This document shows positions 47,364-56,091 of a stretch of DNA of 64,000 nucleotides, one piece after another (the first letter of the stretch is position 1; the number at the start of each line of letters is the position of its first letter). The stretch spans positions 62,001 through 126,000 of the IMG/VR virus record IMGVR_UViG_3300037882_003354. The stretch is one strand, 5' to 3'. The translations under genes and the position numbers were made by a program. Below the pieces are notes generated by a model. That model did no database searches and was not told the DNA's origin. It saw nothing but the letters and a program-made list of their open reading frames with translations.

Positions 47364-47474
47364 ATTGACTCCTTATTTGTTTAATGGTAAGAATAATTAT
47401 GCTTGAAGCACACACTCTACACTAAAATGAAATAAAGTCAAGTGGCCCGGCAACCACAGGACTTTACTGGGTCG

Positions 47475-50051
47475 TCACTTGGGGTAGGATACTATGCTGG
47501 TGCGAATTGCGCCCAGTCTGTTGAATCCCAGGAAGTACTGAGTCTGGGTGCTGTCACCCACCGGTGCTGACAATTGACTGTAACGAGTGCCCAACAACGA
47601 ATAATAGTAGGGCGTATATTGCAAGTTGTACAACGTGGCATCGGTTGCAACAGACAGTCCATTGCTGGACACCCTTCTCAAGTTTGCAGATTGAAATGAT
47701 ATGCCCACGTTGCCAACACCGTCGTCAGTGGCTGTAAAAAAACTACCATCTGATCCAAAAAACGCACCATATGAATCCATCATGGTGTTGCCGTAGTATT
47801 TGATATAATAATTTTTACTACGATAGGTACCAGCACCCAGTGTCAATGGTATCCGGTAAACTTCTCGCCAGTAGGCATATGCTGGCAAGGATCTCACTGG
47901 GGTCAATGTTGACCAGATGATCAAGTTGTCACTGGCACGTTTTAGTCGTATGGCCGCTGATGCACCAGTGTAGCCCACCTTGGTGTTGGTCACATACCAG
48001 GTGAGTGCATGTGTGCCAGCCGTCAGGTAAACCTCACCAGTGTGTTCCACTTGGTACGGGTTGGGCATGTTGCGCAGGTCGCCCACCAGTGTGCCATCAA
48101 TGTCAAACCAACCATAGTCATCCATGGCCAGTGACCAGGCGTAATTGCCAGAGGTGGGCACCTGGATGGTGTAACTTCTGTTCACCAGAGAGTCCGTGGG
48201 TGACACCAGGTCTGGATTGACCCAGACTCCGAAATCATTTAGGAAACGGCTATACACTGACTCAGACTTTGACTTGTACACCACTGGTCCACTGGTAAAT
48301 TTGGCATCGGCATCGAATTTCAGTGTGGATGCGGACATGTAGGAGATGCCGCCTGTGGCCAGTGGTGGTGCCAGGTCGCCGCCGCCGCCAATGCCCACCG
48401 TGAGATATCTGATGCCACTGATAATGTCATAGCTCACACCCACCACACTGTTGTCTGCACCCAGTGCACTCAACCAACTGCCCAGTCGCTGGTCTGCAGG
48501 TTGAGTGTAATTCACAATCAGGTTGGTCACTGTGGTGGCGGTGCTCAATTCCGATGCAATGGACACCACCGTGAGAGTGGAAGTGTAGGTGCCCGTGGGT
48601 GCTGACCCAGGATTGAACACCACCAGCACATCACTGTCAGCTGTGATGGATGCAGACTGTGATCTATTGGGGAAAGTAAATCCAGCATGACCATTCAGCG
48701 TGGCTGAAGATGTGTTGATGGCATAGCCGGATGGGATGATGTTGAAGGCCTGATTCAGCTCAGACAATGAGCCACTGCTGGTGGACCAGCTGGCTGGACT
48801 TAGTGATGTCCTGAATGTGGCCGTGGAAACCACCTGAGTGAACCTGACGGTGTATAGCCCTGCAGTGTTGTCACTGGCCACAGTGAAACTGTTTTGCCAG
48901 GTGCCCACTGTGATGCCTGAATAGGTCAGGTCAAATTGGGTGGTTGATCTAGGCGGCATCACCACCGGAAAACTGCCTAATCCGCTGTAATCAGGGATGG
49001 CCACCACATCACCATTGTTAGTGAAAGTGATGCCGCTAATGGTCAGTGAGCTGTTGCCAGTATTGCGCAGAGTTATAGTGGTTGCTGTGGAACTTTCATA
49101 TGCACGCCAGGCAAATCCACCCACTGGCGAATTTATGGACAGTATCTTGGAGGTGCTGGATGAAAACGGACTGGCGTCACCAAAGCCTAGCACACTGGTC
49201 AACTCTGGCTGTGTGGCGGCCAGTCCCTGAATGGCCTGATCAGCATCACCGCGACTGTAATAGTAGGTGGCGGTGTTGTATACGTCCAGACGTATGGCGG
49301 TGCCTGCATGAGCCAGGGTCATGGTGGCAGTCACCTGTTGATTGGTAAAGCCCGACACTGCCATACGCATGGTCATGACTTCCGGGCGGGTACCCACAAT
49401 GGTGGATGTGGTCAGTGAGATTGCTCTATCGTTGCCCAATTTATTGTAGTCTGACAGTGAAAACTGGTTGACTGGCAATTGCAACTGACCACGCATCCAA
49501 TCTATATGACCCATCCAGGCACTCTCCAGCGTGGTGGGGTTGGTGATACTGACATAGGCCGGTTGCATGACCAGCCGTCCGCCCAATCTAAAAAATTGCT
49601 GTATGCTGATGTCATTATCAGTGCCATCAAACCAGTCATAAGTCACCGTGTGCGTCAGGGTGGATGTCCAGTCGGTTGCAGTGAAGGTGTCACGTGCACC
49701 GGTGCTCAGTGTGGCCAGGCCCAGTTGTGCAGGACTGTGCAGCGTGGCGGTGTTGGCCACGATGAAATTGGTGGCTGAAATAATGGCGTTGACGTAGGTG
49801 GCTGTCAACCATGTGGAGGTGGTGGCTGGTACTTGCGTGTTGGTCTGGTGTGCCATGGCTCGACTGAGATCGTCGTACAATTCCTGCCAGTCTGCCACTG
49901 TCACTGTGGCACCTGCACTCACTGTGTTGCTGCGCATCTGGGCAGCGTCCAGCTTGTAATAGCCGGTGATCACACCCGCCACATCACTCTGTATTTCATT
50001 ATATTGGGCGGCTGTGACGATGGAGTTGGTGGTGACTGTGGTTATTGCCAT
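47475..50051 (-). CDS. virion structural protein with Ig-like (ASH/Hydin-like) and PA14-like domains
   Basis: I.A.QYN N-terminus; ITLRNTGNSSLTISGI (Ig-like); MDDYGWFDIDG..LTAGTH.L (PA14-like); CTAAATA 50076-50082. Confidence 0.7.
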   Translation of the reverse strand: MAITTVTTNSIVTAAQYNEIQSDVAGVITGYYKLDAAQMRSNTVSAGATVTVADWQELYDDLSRAMAHQTNTQVPATTSTWLTATYVNAIISATNFIVANTATLHSPAQLGLATLSTGARDTFTATDWTSTLTHTVTYDWFDGTDNDISIQQFFRLGGRLVMQPAYVSITNPTTLESAWMGHIDWMRGQLQLPVNQFSLSDYNKLGNDRAISLTTSTIVGTRPEVMTMRMAVSGFTNQQVTATMTLAHAGTAIRLDVYNTATYYYSRGDADQAIQGLAATQPELTSVLGFGDASPFSSSTSKILSINSPVGGFAWRAYESSTATTITLRNTGNSSLTISGITFTNNGDVVAIPDYSGLGSFPVVMPPRSTTQFDLTYSGITVGTWQNSFTVASDNTAGLYTVRFTQVVSTATFRTSLSPASWSTSSGSLSELNQAFNIIPSGYAINTSSATLNGHAGFTFPNRSQSASITADSDVLVVFNPGSAPTGTYTSTLTVVSIASELSTATTVTNLIVNYTQPADQRLGSWLSALGADNSVVGVSYDIISGIRYLTVGIGGGGDLAPPLATGGISYMSASTLKFDADAKFTSGPVVYKSKSESVYSRFLNDFGVWVNPDLVSPTDSLVNRSYTIQVPTSGNYAWSLAMDDYGWFDIDGTLVGDLRNMPNPYQVEHTGEVYLTAGTHALTWYVTNTKVGYTGASAAIRLKRASDNLIIWSTLTPVRSLPAYAYWREVYRIPLTLGAGTYRSKNYYIKYYGNTMMDSYGAFFGSDGSFFTATDDGVGNVGISFQSANLRRVSSNGLSVATDATLYNLQYTPYYYSLLGTRYSQLSAPVGDSTQTQYFLGFNRLGAIRTSIVSYPK

Positions 50052-50147
50052 GGTGGTTCCGTAATTTAGTGCTAATATTTAGTCACATTCTGGTTGGCGT
50101 CAGGTTCCTGGGTTGTAAATAACATTATATACATGTATAATATGCTT

Positions 50148-50912
50148 ATGAAAAAATTTAAACATTCAGGAACTTCAGGAGACCTCATCTACGGACTGGC
50201 CCTGATGAAACATTTCGGTGGAGGTGAGTTTTATCTGCACTTGAATCAGGTGGACTGGACCACCAGACACTACTATGGCGGCGAATCTGATGCATTCCAC
50301 CGGGGACGCATGAACCAGGCCGATGCTGAATTCATGCGAGGCTTCCTGCTGGCACAGGATTACATCACATCGTTTGGCACCCTGGACAACTCCACGGAAA
50401 TCACTCACAATCTGGACAGATTCCGAACCCTGTTCGTGGGTCATCCCACCAATTACCTGGACATCTATTCCCGAGTGTTCAACCTGACGCCGGACCAGCA
50501 GGCAGTGGTGAATTCCACGCCCTGGCTGACCGTGCCCACGCCCACTGTGATTCCCGGCAAGAGTGTGGTGATCAGTCGCACTCAGCGATGGATTCCTGCC
50601 CAGCCGGGCAGCATCTGGCAGGACATCAAGGGCGAAGCGGAGCCGCATGCTGTGTTTGTGGGCTTGCCCGAGGAACATGTGGCATTCAAACAACAGATGA
50701 ACTGGGACATACCGCATGTGGTCACGCACACCCTGCTGGAGTTGGCACAGGTGATAGCCGGAGCAGAAACATTTGTGGGCAATCAGAGTCAGGCCCTGGC
50801 CCTGGCAGTGGGGCTGGGGGTCAGTGACATCATATGTGAATCACGAGTGGACCTGCCCTTGGAGCGGAACGAATGTTACTTCCCACGCATGCCAAATGTC
50901 AGATACACCTGA
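50148..50912 (+). CDS. GT-B glycosyltransferase (GT9/heptosyltransferase-like)
   Basis: HSGTSGDLIYGL and LLELAQVIAGAETFVGNQSQALALA motifs; TTGTAA-17-TATAAT (50113-50141) 6 nt before ATG at 50148. Confidence 0.7.
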   Translation: MKKFKHSGTSGDLIYGLALMKHFGGGEFYLHLNQVDWTTRHYYGGESDAFHRGRMNQADAEFMRGFLLAQDYITSFGTLDNSTEITHNLDRFRTLFVGHPTNYLDIYSRVFNLTPDQQAVVNSTPWLTVPTPTVIPGKSVVISRTQRWIPAQPGSIWQDIKGEAEPHAVFVGLPEEHVAFKQQMNWDIPHVVTHTLLELAQVIAGAETFVGNQSQALALAVGLGVSDIICESRVDLPLERNECYFPRMPNVRYT

Positions 50913-50917
50913 TGTGG

Positions 50918-50946
50918 TTGACAATGCATGCTGATCACTGTATAAT
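50918..50946 (+). promoter_or_regulatory. consensus sigma70 promoter
   Basis: TTGACA-17-TATAAT. Confidence 0.8.
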
Positions 50947-50981
50947 AAAGACTGCACAACAACACTGGAAAGACCAACATC

Positions 50982-51125
50982 ATGTACACATTTGAAGTCT
51001 GGGTTCGCCTGAACACCTATCAAACCACACGAGTTCGCATTCAAGCTGACAACGGCAATGATTGCCGTCTGATCGCCGAGGCCCAATACGGCCAGGGCAA
51101 TGTTTTAGACTACCGGCATGTGTGA
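50982..51125 (+). CDS. 47-aa hypothetical protein
   Basis: Below ORF-track cutoff; MYTFEVWVRLNTYQTT...AQYGQGNVLDYRHV; follows promoter, stop overlaps next ATG. Confidence 0.7.
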   Translation: MYTFEVWVRLNTYQTTRVRIQADNGNDCRLIAEAQYGQGNVLDYRHV

Positions 51126-51892
51126 TGGCCAAACAAAAACAAAAACGACTGGGCATAATTCAATCGCGTGGACTGGGTGACATTGTCATCTCCCTGCCCA
51201 TAGCTCATTACTATCATGAGCAGGGCTGGCACGTGCACTGGCCCATCATGGAGCAGTGGGTGCAGCAGATGCAGGAGGCCGCGCCCTGGGTCAAATGGAT
51301 TCCAGTGGCCCAGGATTCAGGTGCCTTCTTCTATGATGTGCCCTTGGAGCGTCTGCAGAACTTCAAGTGTGACGAGATCCTGTGCCTGTATCAGGCCCTG
51401 TCAGGTCATCCGGAGTTCACTCAGGAGCCCTGGTTCCAGCACACCAATTTTGATCAGTACAAGTACATACGTGCTGGAGTGCCATTCATGAACAAATGGC
51501 GTCTGGCTGATTGTATAACCAGAAATCCTGCACGAGAGCAAGCACTACATGATCGCCTGGTCACACAGCATGATTATGTGGTGGTTCATTTGACCGGCAG
51601 CAATCACACTGCGGCATTTGACACTGCCATGATACCTGAAGACTGGCAGGTGATCGAGATTCAGGATCAGGCTGAATCCATCTGGGATTGGCTGGGAGTG
51701 CTGTCAGGTGCTCAGAGCATCGTGTGCGTGGACAGTGTGTTCAGCAACCTGGTGGACCAACTGGGTCTGGGAGAAGACCGATACTTCATTCCCCGCAGCC
51801 ACATACAACTGACCCCCACCCTGGGTCAGGCGTGGACCTGGTTACACAATGCCCGACTGGATCCTGCCGTGCGTATATTTGGAAGCAAATAA
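51125..51892 (+). CDS. GT-B glycosyltransferase (GT9-like)
   Basis: Start moved to 51125 (TGATG); QSRGLGDIVISLP and IVCVDSVFSNL motifs. Confidence 0.7.
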   Translation: MAKQKQKRLGIIQSRGLGDIVISLPIAHYYHEQGWHVHWPIMEQWVQQMQEAAPWVKWIPVAQDSGAFFYDVPLERLQNFKCDEILCLYQALSGHPEFTQEPWFQHTNFDQYKYIRAGVPFMNKWRLADCITRNPAREQALHDRLVTQHDYVVVHLTGSNHTAAFDTAMIPEDWQVIEIQDQAESIWDWLGVLSGAQSIVCVDSVFSNLVDQLGLGEDRYFIPRSHIQLTPTLGQAWTWLHNARLDPAVRIFGSK

Positions 51893-51922
51893 AAATCCAC
51901 TACAGCCAGTCACTGGCATGTT

Positions 51923-52549
51923 TTACTCATCTGCCGCCTGAGACTCATCTGACAGCACCATCAGCGGCTGAGAAAAACCAATTTTCAGTGGATCCACATT
52001 GCCCTCCAGGACCATGGCATTTTGTGGAATTAGACCGATCTTCTGTAATGCTGCCCAGGTATAGGGATTTGACATGGCGTTGCGAAGTTTTGCTGGTGAT
52101 GGGTGACCTGTGGCAATCAGTTCGGCATGAATTTCCTTGCCAATCATCACCGTGAATTCGTTGGCAGCATTGGCTTCAAACATCTGCTCGTCTGTGTATC
52201 CTGGAATACGAGTGGGCTCGGCAATTTCATACAATTCAGCAAGCAGCCGTTGGAGAATGGCAATCTCCTGGCGATTGAGTTCAAATGCTTCTTCTTGTGT
52301 TTTTAGCACAGAATTGAGCTCAATGAGTTCCGCTTGTAGATTGAGAATGATGTGTTCCAGCGCACCAATGGATTTTAGATGCTCTATTTCACTTATCTTG
52401 GCCCGATACTTGAGAGCAGCCACCTCTTCCAGTGCCGCCGCCCGGATACGACCCTCAAGGAATCCTTGTAAGGTTTTGATCTTTTCCCAGGGCGTCTCAC
52501 CAATAACTTGATAACGATAATTAAATTCAGAGTTTAGTTTTACAGCCAC
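51923..52549 (-). CDS. helical coiled-coil protein next to adhesin genes (possible chaperone)
   Basis: 208 aa, GTG start, AAGGAA SD, AATAAATA 52574-52581. Confidence 0.7.
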   Translation of the reverse strand: MAVKLNSEFNYRYQVIGETPWEKIKTLQGFLEGRIRAAALEEVAALKYRAKISEIEHLKSIGALEHIILNLQAELIELNSVLKTQEEAFELNRQEIAILQRLLAELYEIAEPTRIPGYTDEQMFEANAANEFTVMIGKEIHAELIATGHPSPAKLRNAMSNPYTWAALQKIGLIPQNAMVLEGNVDPLKIGFSQPLMVLSDESQAADE

Positions 52550-52659
52550 GTTGTATTTCCTTGGTTAAAAAAATATTTATTAGCTGGCAAAACCGGCTGC
52601 TGTTAAACTGGATCTAGCACTGCCTACACTTTGAAGGTGTTGCCATGGGTGGTTTCCTG

Positions 52660-53739
52660 TCAGCCGAATGTGGCGGCTGCTAGCCTGGTTCTAGTATTAC
52701 CCACCCCTGCAGTATCTAGGGCAACTACACCTGTATTGGACACTAAGTTGGTCATAGATAAATACGTAATAGCAGTCTCACCAAACCCAAATATAGCTTT
52801 ATCACCACCATAACCTGCGGCTGCTAGTACGTATCTAGCAGTGCCCACACCTGCAGTGTCTCCGGCAACTACACCTAGGTTAGACACTAGACTGGTTATA
52901 TTTACAACTCCGGGACTAGCCCCATATCCAAATATAACTTTATCACCGCCATAGCCAGCTGCTGCTGAACTATGTCTAGTAGTGCCCACACCTAGAGTAT
53001 CTCCGGCAACCACACCTAGGTTGGACACTAGGTTGGTCAAGGCATAAACGACAGCAGGGAAAACACCGGAAATCCCATATCCAAATATGGCTCGGTCACC
53101 GCCATAACCAGCTGCTGCCACGCCTTGTCTGGCAGTGCCCACACCTAGAGTATCTCCAGCAACCACACCTGTATTGGACACTAGGTTGGTCATAGATAAA
53201 TCTGAAGTAGATTTTCCATAGCCAAATATGGCACGGTCACCGCCATAACCGGCGGCTGCCAAACCGAATCTGGCAGTACCCACACCTAGGGTGTCTCCGG
53301 CAATCACACCTGTATTGGACACTAGGTTGGTTATGGATGAGTTTGTGGCAGGGGTAGTTGGTAGTATACCATGTCCGAATATGGCACGGTCACCGCCATA
53401 ACCAGCAGCAGCCAAGGAGCGCCTACCAGTGCCCAACACTGTGATATCTGCAGCAACTACACCTGTGTTGGACACTAAACTAGCCAAGTTATATGACTGT
53501 GGCGCTCCCGATGCCCCATAGCCAAATATAACCTTTGCGTTTGTATTAATTCTCCGAGTGCCATAATATTTGGATATACTGACTGCACCACTGCCAGGCA
53601 CAGCACCATTTGTCCCACTGGTACCTGCTATGGTGTACGATCCACCAGCATAGTATTCACTCAGGCTGATGGGATTGGCACCACCAAACTCGGTTTGAAT
53701 TTGACTGAATGAAATGCTGCCAGTGCCAGGTATTGCCAT
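52660..53739 (-). CDS. Kelch-like six-blade beta-propeller adhesin (paralogue 1)
   Basis: MAIPGTGSISFSQIQTEFGG.NPISLSEYY leader + 6 repeats TNLVSN.GVVAGDT.GVGT.R..AAAGYGGD.AIFGYG. Confidence 0.75.
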   Translation of the reverse strand: MAIPGTGSISFSQIQTEFGGANPISLSEYYAGGSYTIAGTSGTNGAVPGSGAVSISKYYGTRRINTNAKVIFGYGASGAPQSYNLASLVSNTGVVAADITVLGTGRRSLAAAGYGGDRAIFGHGILPTTPATNSSITNLVSNTGVIAGDTLGVGTARFGLAAAGYGGDRAIFGYGKSTSDLSMTNLVSNTGVVAGDTLGVGTARQGVAAAGYGGDRAIFGYGISGVFPAVVYALTNLVSNLGVVAGDTLGVGTTRHSSAAAGYGGDKVIFGYGASPGVVNITSLVSNLGVVAGDTAGVGTARYVLAAAGYGGDKAIFGFGETAITYLSMTNLVSNTGVVALDTAGVGNTRTRLAAATFG

Positions 53740-53754
53740 GTGTGGTTCTCCCTG

Positions 53755-54864
53755 TCAGCCAAATGTGGCTGCTGCTAGGCCGCTTCTAGCAGTTCCCACA
53801 CCTGCAATTTCTGAGACAACTGCACCCAGGTTGTTCACTCGGTTGGTTATGTTGTAGTAGGTGGTTATTCCGGATATTTTAGAACCATATCCAAATACGG
53901 CTTTATCACCACCATAACTGGCGGCTGCTACACCAGTTCTAGTGGTGCCCACACCTGCAATTTCTGAGACAACTGCACCCTGGTTGTTTACCAAGTTGGT
54001 TATAGAAAAATAGGTGGTGCTAAAGGTAGATCCATATCCAAATATAACCTTGTCACCACCATAGGTGGCGGCCGCTAGACCGCCTCTAGCAGTGCCCACA
54101 CCTGTGGCATTTGAGGCAACGTCGCCGGTGTTGGACACTAGGTTGGTTACAGATACCCATGCGCCTGCGGCAGTACTCCCATATCCAAATATAGCTCTAT
54201 TACCGCCAAATGTAGCTGCTGCTAAATTAGACCTAGCAGTGCCCACACCTGCGGTGTCGCCGGCCACGCCGCCGGTGTTGTTCACTCGGTTGGTAACAGA
54301 TAGCATTGTACCGCCGTTGGGTTGGCCGCCGAACCCATATCCAAATACAGCCCGATCACCACCATAGCCGGCGGCCGCTAAACTATATCGAATAGTGCCC
54401 ACACCTGCGGTGTCGCCGGCCACGCCGCCGGTGTTGTTCACTCGGTTGGTAACAGATACTATTACAGCGAACTGGTTGCTGCTGTATCCATAGCCGAATA
54501 TGGCTTTATCACCACCATAGCCAGCGGCTGCTAAAATGTATCTGAGTGTGCCCACACCCGTGACATCCCCGGCGACCACACCTGCGTTGGACACCAGGTT
54601 GGTCATGGATACACTGCTGAGCTGATTGGCGAACCCATAGCCAAATATAACTCTGGCGTTGGTGTTTATAATAAGTTTTTGAGTGCCATAAAATTTACTC
54701 ATGGCAAAGCTACTGCTGCCAGGCACAGCACCATTGGTTCCGCTGGCACCTGTGGGTGTGTACAAGCCACCAGCATAATACTCACTCAGGCTGATGGGGT
54801 TACTACCACCAAATTCGGCTTGAATTTGACTGAATGATATGCTGCCAGTGCCAGGTATTGCCAC
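53755..54864 (-). CDS. Kelch-like six-blade beta-propeller adhesin (paralogue 2)
   Basis: Same leader (GTG start) and six repeats of the same framework. Confidence 0.75.
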   Translation of the reverse strand: MAIPGTGSISFSQIQAEFGGSNPISLSEYYAGGLYTPTGASGTNGAVPGSSSFAMSKFYGTQKLIINTNARVIFGYGFANQLSSVSMTNLVSNAGVVAGDVTGVGTLRYILAAAGYGGDKAIFGYGYSSNQFAVIVSVTNRVNNTGGVAGDTAGVGTIRYSLAAAGYGGDRAVFGYGFGGQPNGGTMLSVTNRVNNTGGVAGDTAGVGTARSNLAAATFGGNRAIFGYGSTAAGAWVSVTNLVSNTGDVASNATGVGTARGGLAAATYGGDKVIFGYGSTFSTTYFSITNLVNNQGAVVSEIAGVGTTRTGVAAASYGGDKAVFGYGSKISGITTYYNITNRVNNLGAVVSEIAGVGTARSGLAAATFG

Positions 54865-54867
54865 GAG

Positions 54868-55203
54868 TTACACCCGAGTCAGTGCCGCAAGTGCCTGTGA
54901 TTCAGTGACGTCCAGATCATAGTTGCGGGCCAGGAATCGGGCGAACAGAGCCTGACGACCCGGTGAGTATTTGAGTTGTTCACGATAGGCTTCTACCTCA
55001 TACTCAAATCGTCGGGTCCGAGACAGCCAGTAGGGTATGCCAAAAAGTCCGAAACTACGCCAAAATTGTCGGACATGTACCAATTCGTGTTGTAATAGTC
55101 CCACATCATCTCGACAGCGTGGTCTAATGAGCACCAAGGGTCCCAGTGTGTAACCACTGAATCGGTCAGGCATGAGGTCGGTGTATATGATCAGGTGTAG
55201 CAT
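54868..55203 (-). CDS. small HExxH-motif protein
   Basis: LLQHELVHVRQ...EYEVEAY. Confidence 0.7.
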   Translation of the reverse strand: MLHLIIYTDLMPDRFSGYTLGPLVLIRPRCRDDVGLLQHELVHVRQFWRSFGLFGIPYWLSRTRRFEYEVEAYREQLKYSPGRQALFARFLARNYDLDVTESQALAALTRV

Positions 55204-55240
55204 GTGATGAGTCCTTTTAAAGGTTAAAGGTGGTGCAAGA

Positions 55241-55564
55241 TCAGGGTGCGCGAGCTGGCTGAATGCTGACCAGTGGAAATTCGGTCACGGTGCCAATCTC
55301 CTGAGTCAATTGGCTGACCAGCTGACCAAACGGTGCGCTTTCCTCCCTGAGCTGACGTTCACACTCCTGAATGCCCATGTGTGCCAGATGTGCCAGCGTG
55401 GCATGCACCTGTGCACTGGGCTCAGGCAGCCGACTGAGTGGCACCACATGGGTGGGGTATTCATCCAGGGGGCGTTGACTCTGATCACTGGCCCAGATCA
55501 CACTCAGTGTGTTGCTCAGGGTGTCAATGTTGGTTATTTTCAATCGAACGGTGCTCATGCTCAT
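55241..55564 (-). CDS. hypothetical late protein (possible fibre assembly factor)
   Basis: 107 aa, GGAG SD, GATAAATA 55591-55598. Confidence 0.65.
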   Translation of the reverse strand: MSMSTVRLKITNIDTLSNTLSVIWASDQSQRPLDEYPTHVVPLSRLPEPSAQVHATLAHLAHMGIQECERQLREESAPFGQLVSQLTQEIGTVTEFPLVSIQPARAP

Positions 55565-55593
55565 GCGGTCACTCCAGGTTTATATGTATATAT

Positions 55594-55995
55594 TTATCGG
55601 TCCAGCCGGCGCTCACTCACAGCATACACTGGATCAGGTGTCAGGAACTGGGGCTTGCGCATGATGGTCTTGGTGACCAGACGCCGGGAATCACCTGAAT
55701 CCTGAACGACAAAGGGCAGATTGATCTGAGTCAAGAGATCACGCATGACAGCCTCACTGCCCGAACCCAGATGAGCGATGGCTCGGCCATGTCGCTGATA
55801 CTCTTGTTTGAACAAGCGTATGAGTTCGGAGACAGTGATGTCACGACCATTGCGTGGATCATTCAGTCGGTCCAGGAAGTGTCGGGTGAATGACACATCT
55901 ATGCCCAGTCGACCCCACAGGCCGTCGGCAAAAGTCTCCACTTGATCCAGTTGTTGCTGGTCCAGGGTTTCACAGATGAGTTCGCGTAGTAGCAT
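55594..55995 (-). CDS. hypothetical late protein with MLLRELICE leader
   Basis: 133 aa; FTRHFLDRLNDPRN core; GATAAATA 6 nt before ATG. Confidence 0.75.
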   Translation of the reverse strand: MLLRELICETLDQQQLDQVETFADGLWGRLGIDVSFTRHFLDRLNDPRNGRDITVSELIRLFKQEYQRHGRAIAHLGSGSEAVMRDLLTQINLPFVVQDSGDSRRLVTKTIMRKPQFLTPDPVYAVSERRLDR

Positions 55996-56028
55996 GTGAA
56001 ATATTTATCCTGGTGGTACCGCCGGTGA

Positions 56029-56057
56029 TTGACTGATGAAGGGAGCCAGTGTATAGT
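56029..56057 (+). promoter_or_regulatory. sigma70 early promoter
   Basis: TTGACT-17-TATAGT. Confidence 0.75.
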
Positions 56058-56091
56058 AAACACACATTCACTCACACACCAAGGAAGACAC

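Noticed and set aside
8117-50069. Numerous plus-strand ORFs inside the large minus-strand genes
   Set aside because: Shadow frames of biased-codon, repeat-rich genes with no SD or promoter support.
27530-54864. Diversity-generating retroelement (Mtd_N-type domain, repeated variable adhesins)
   Set aside because: No reverse transcriptase in window and no template/variable repeat pair differing only at adenines was seen; Mtd_N is a generic fibre anchor.
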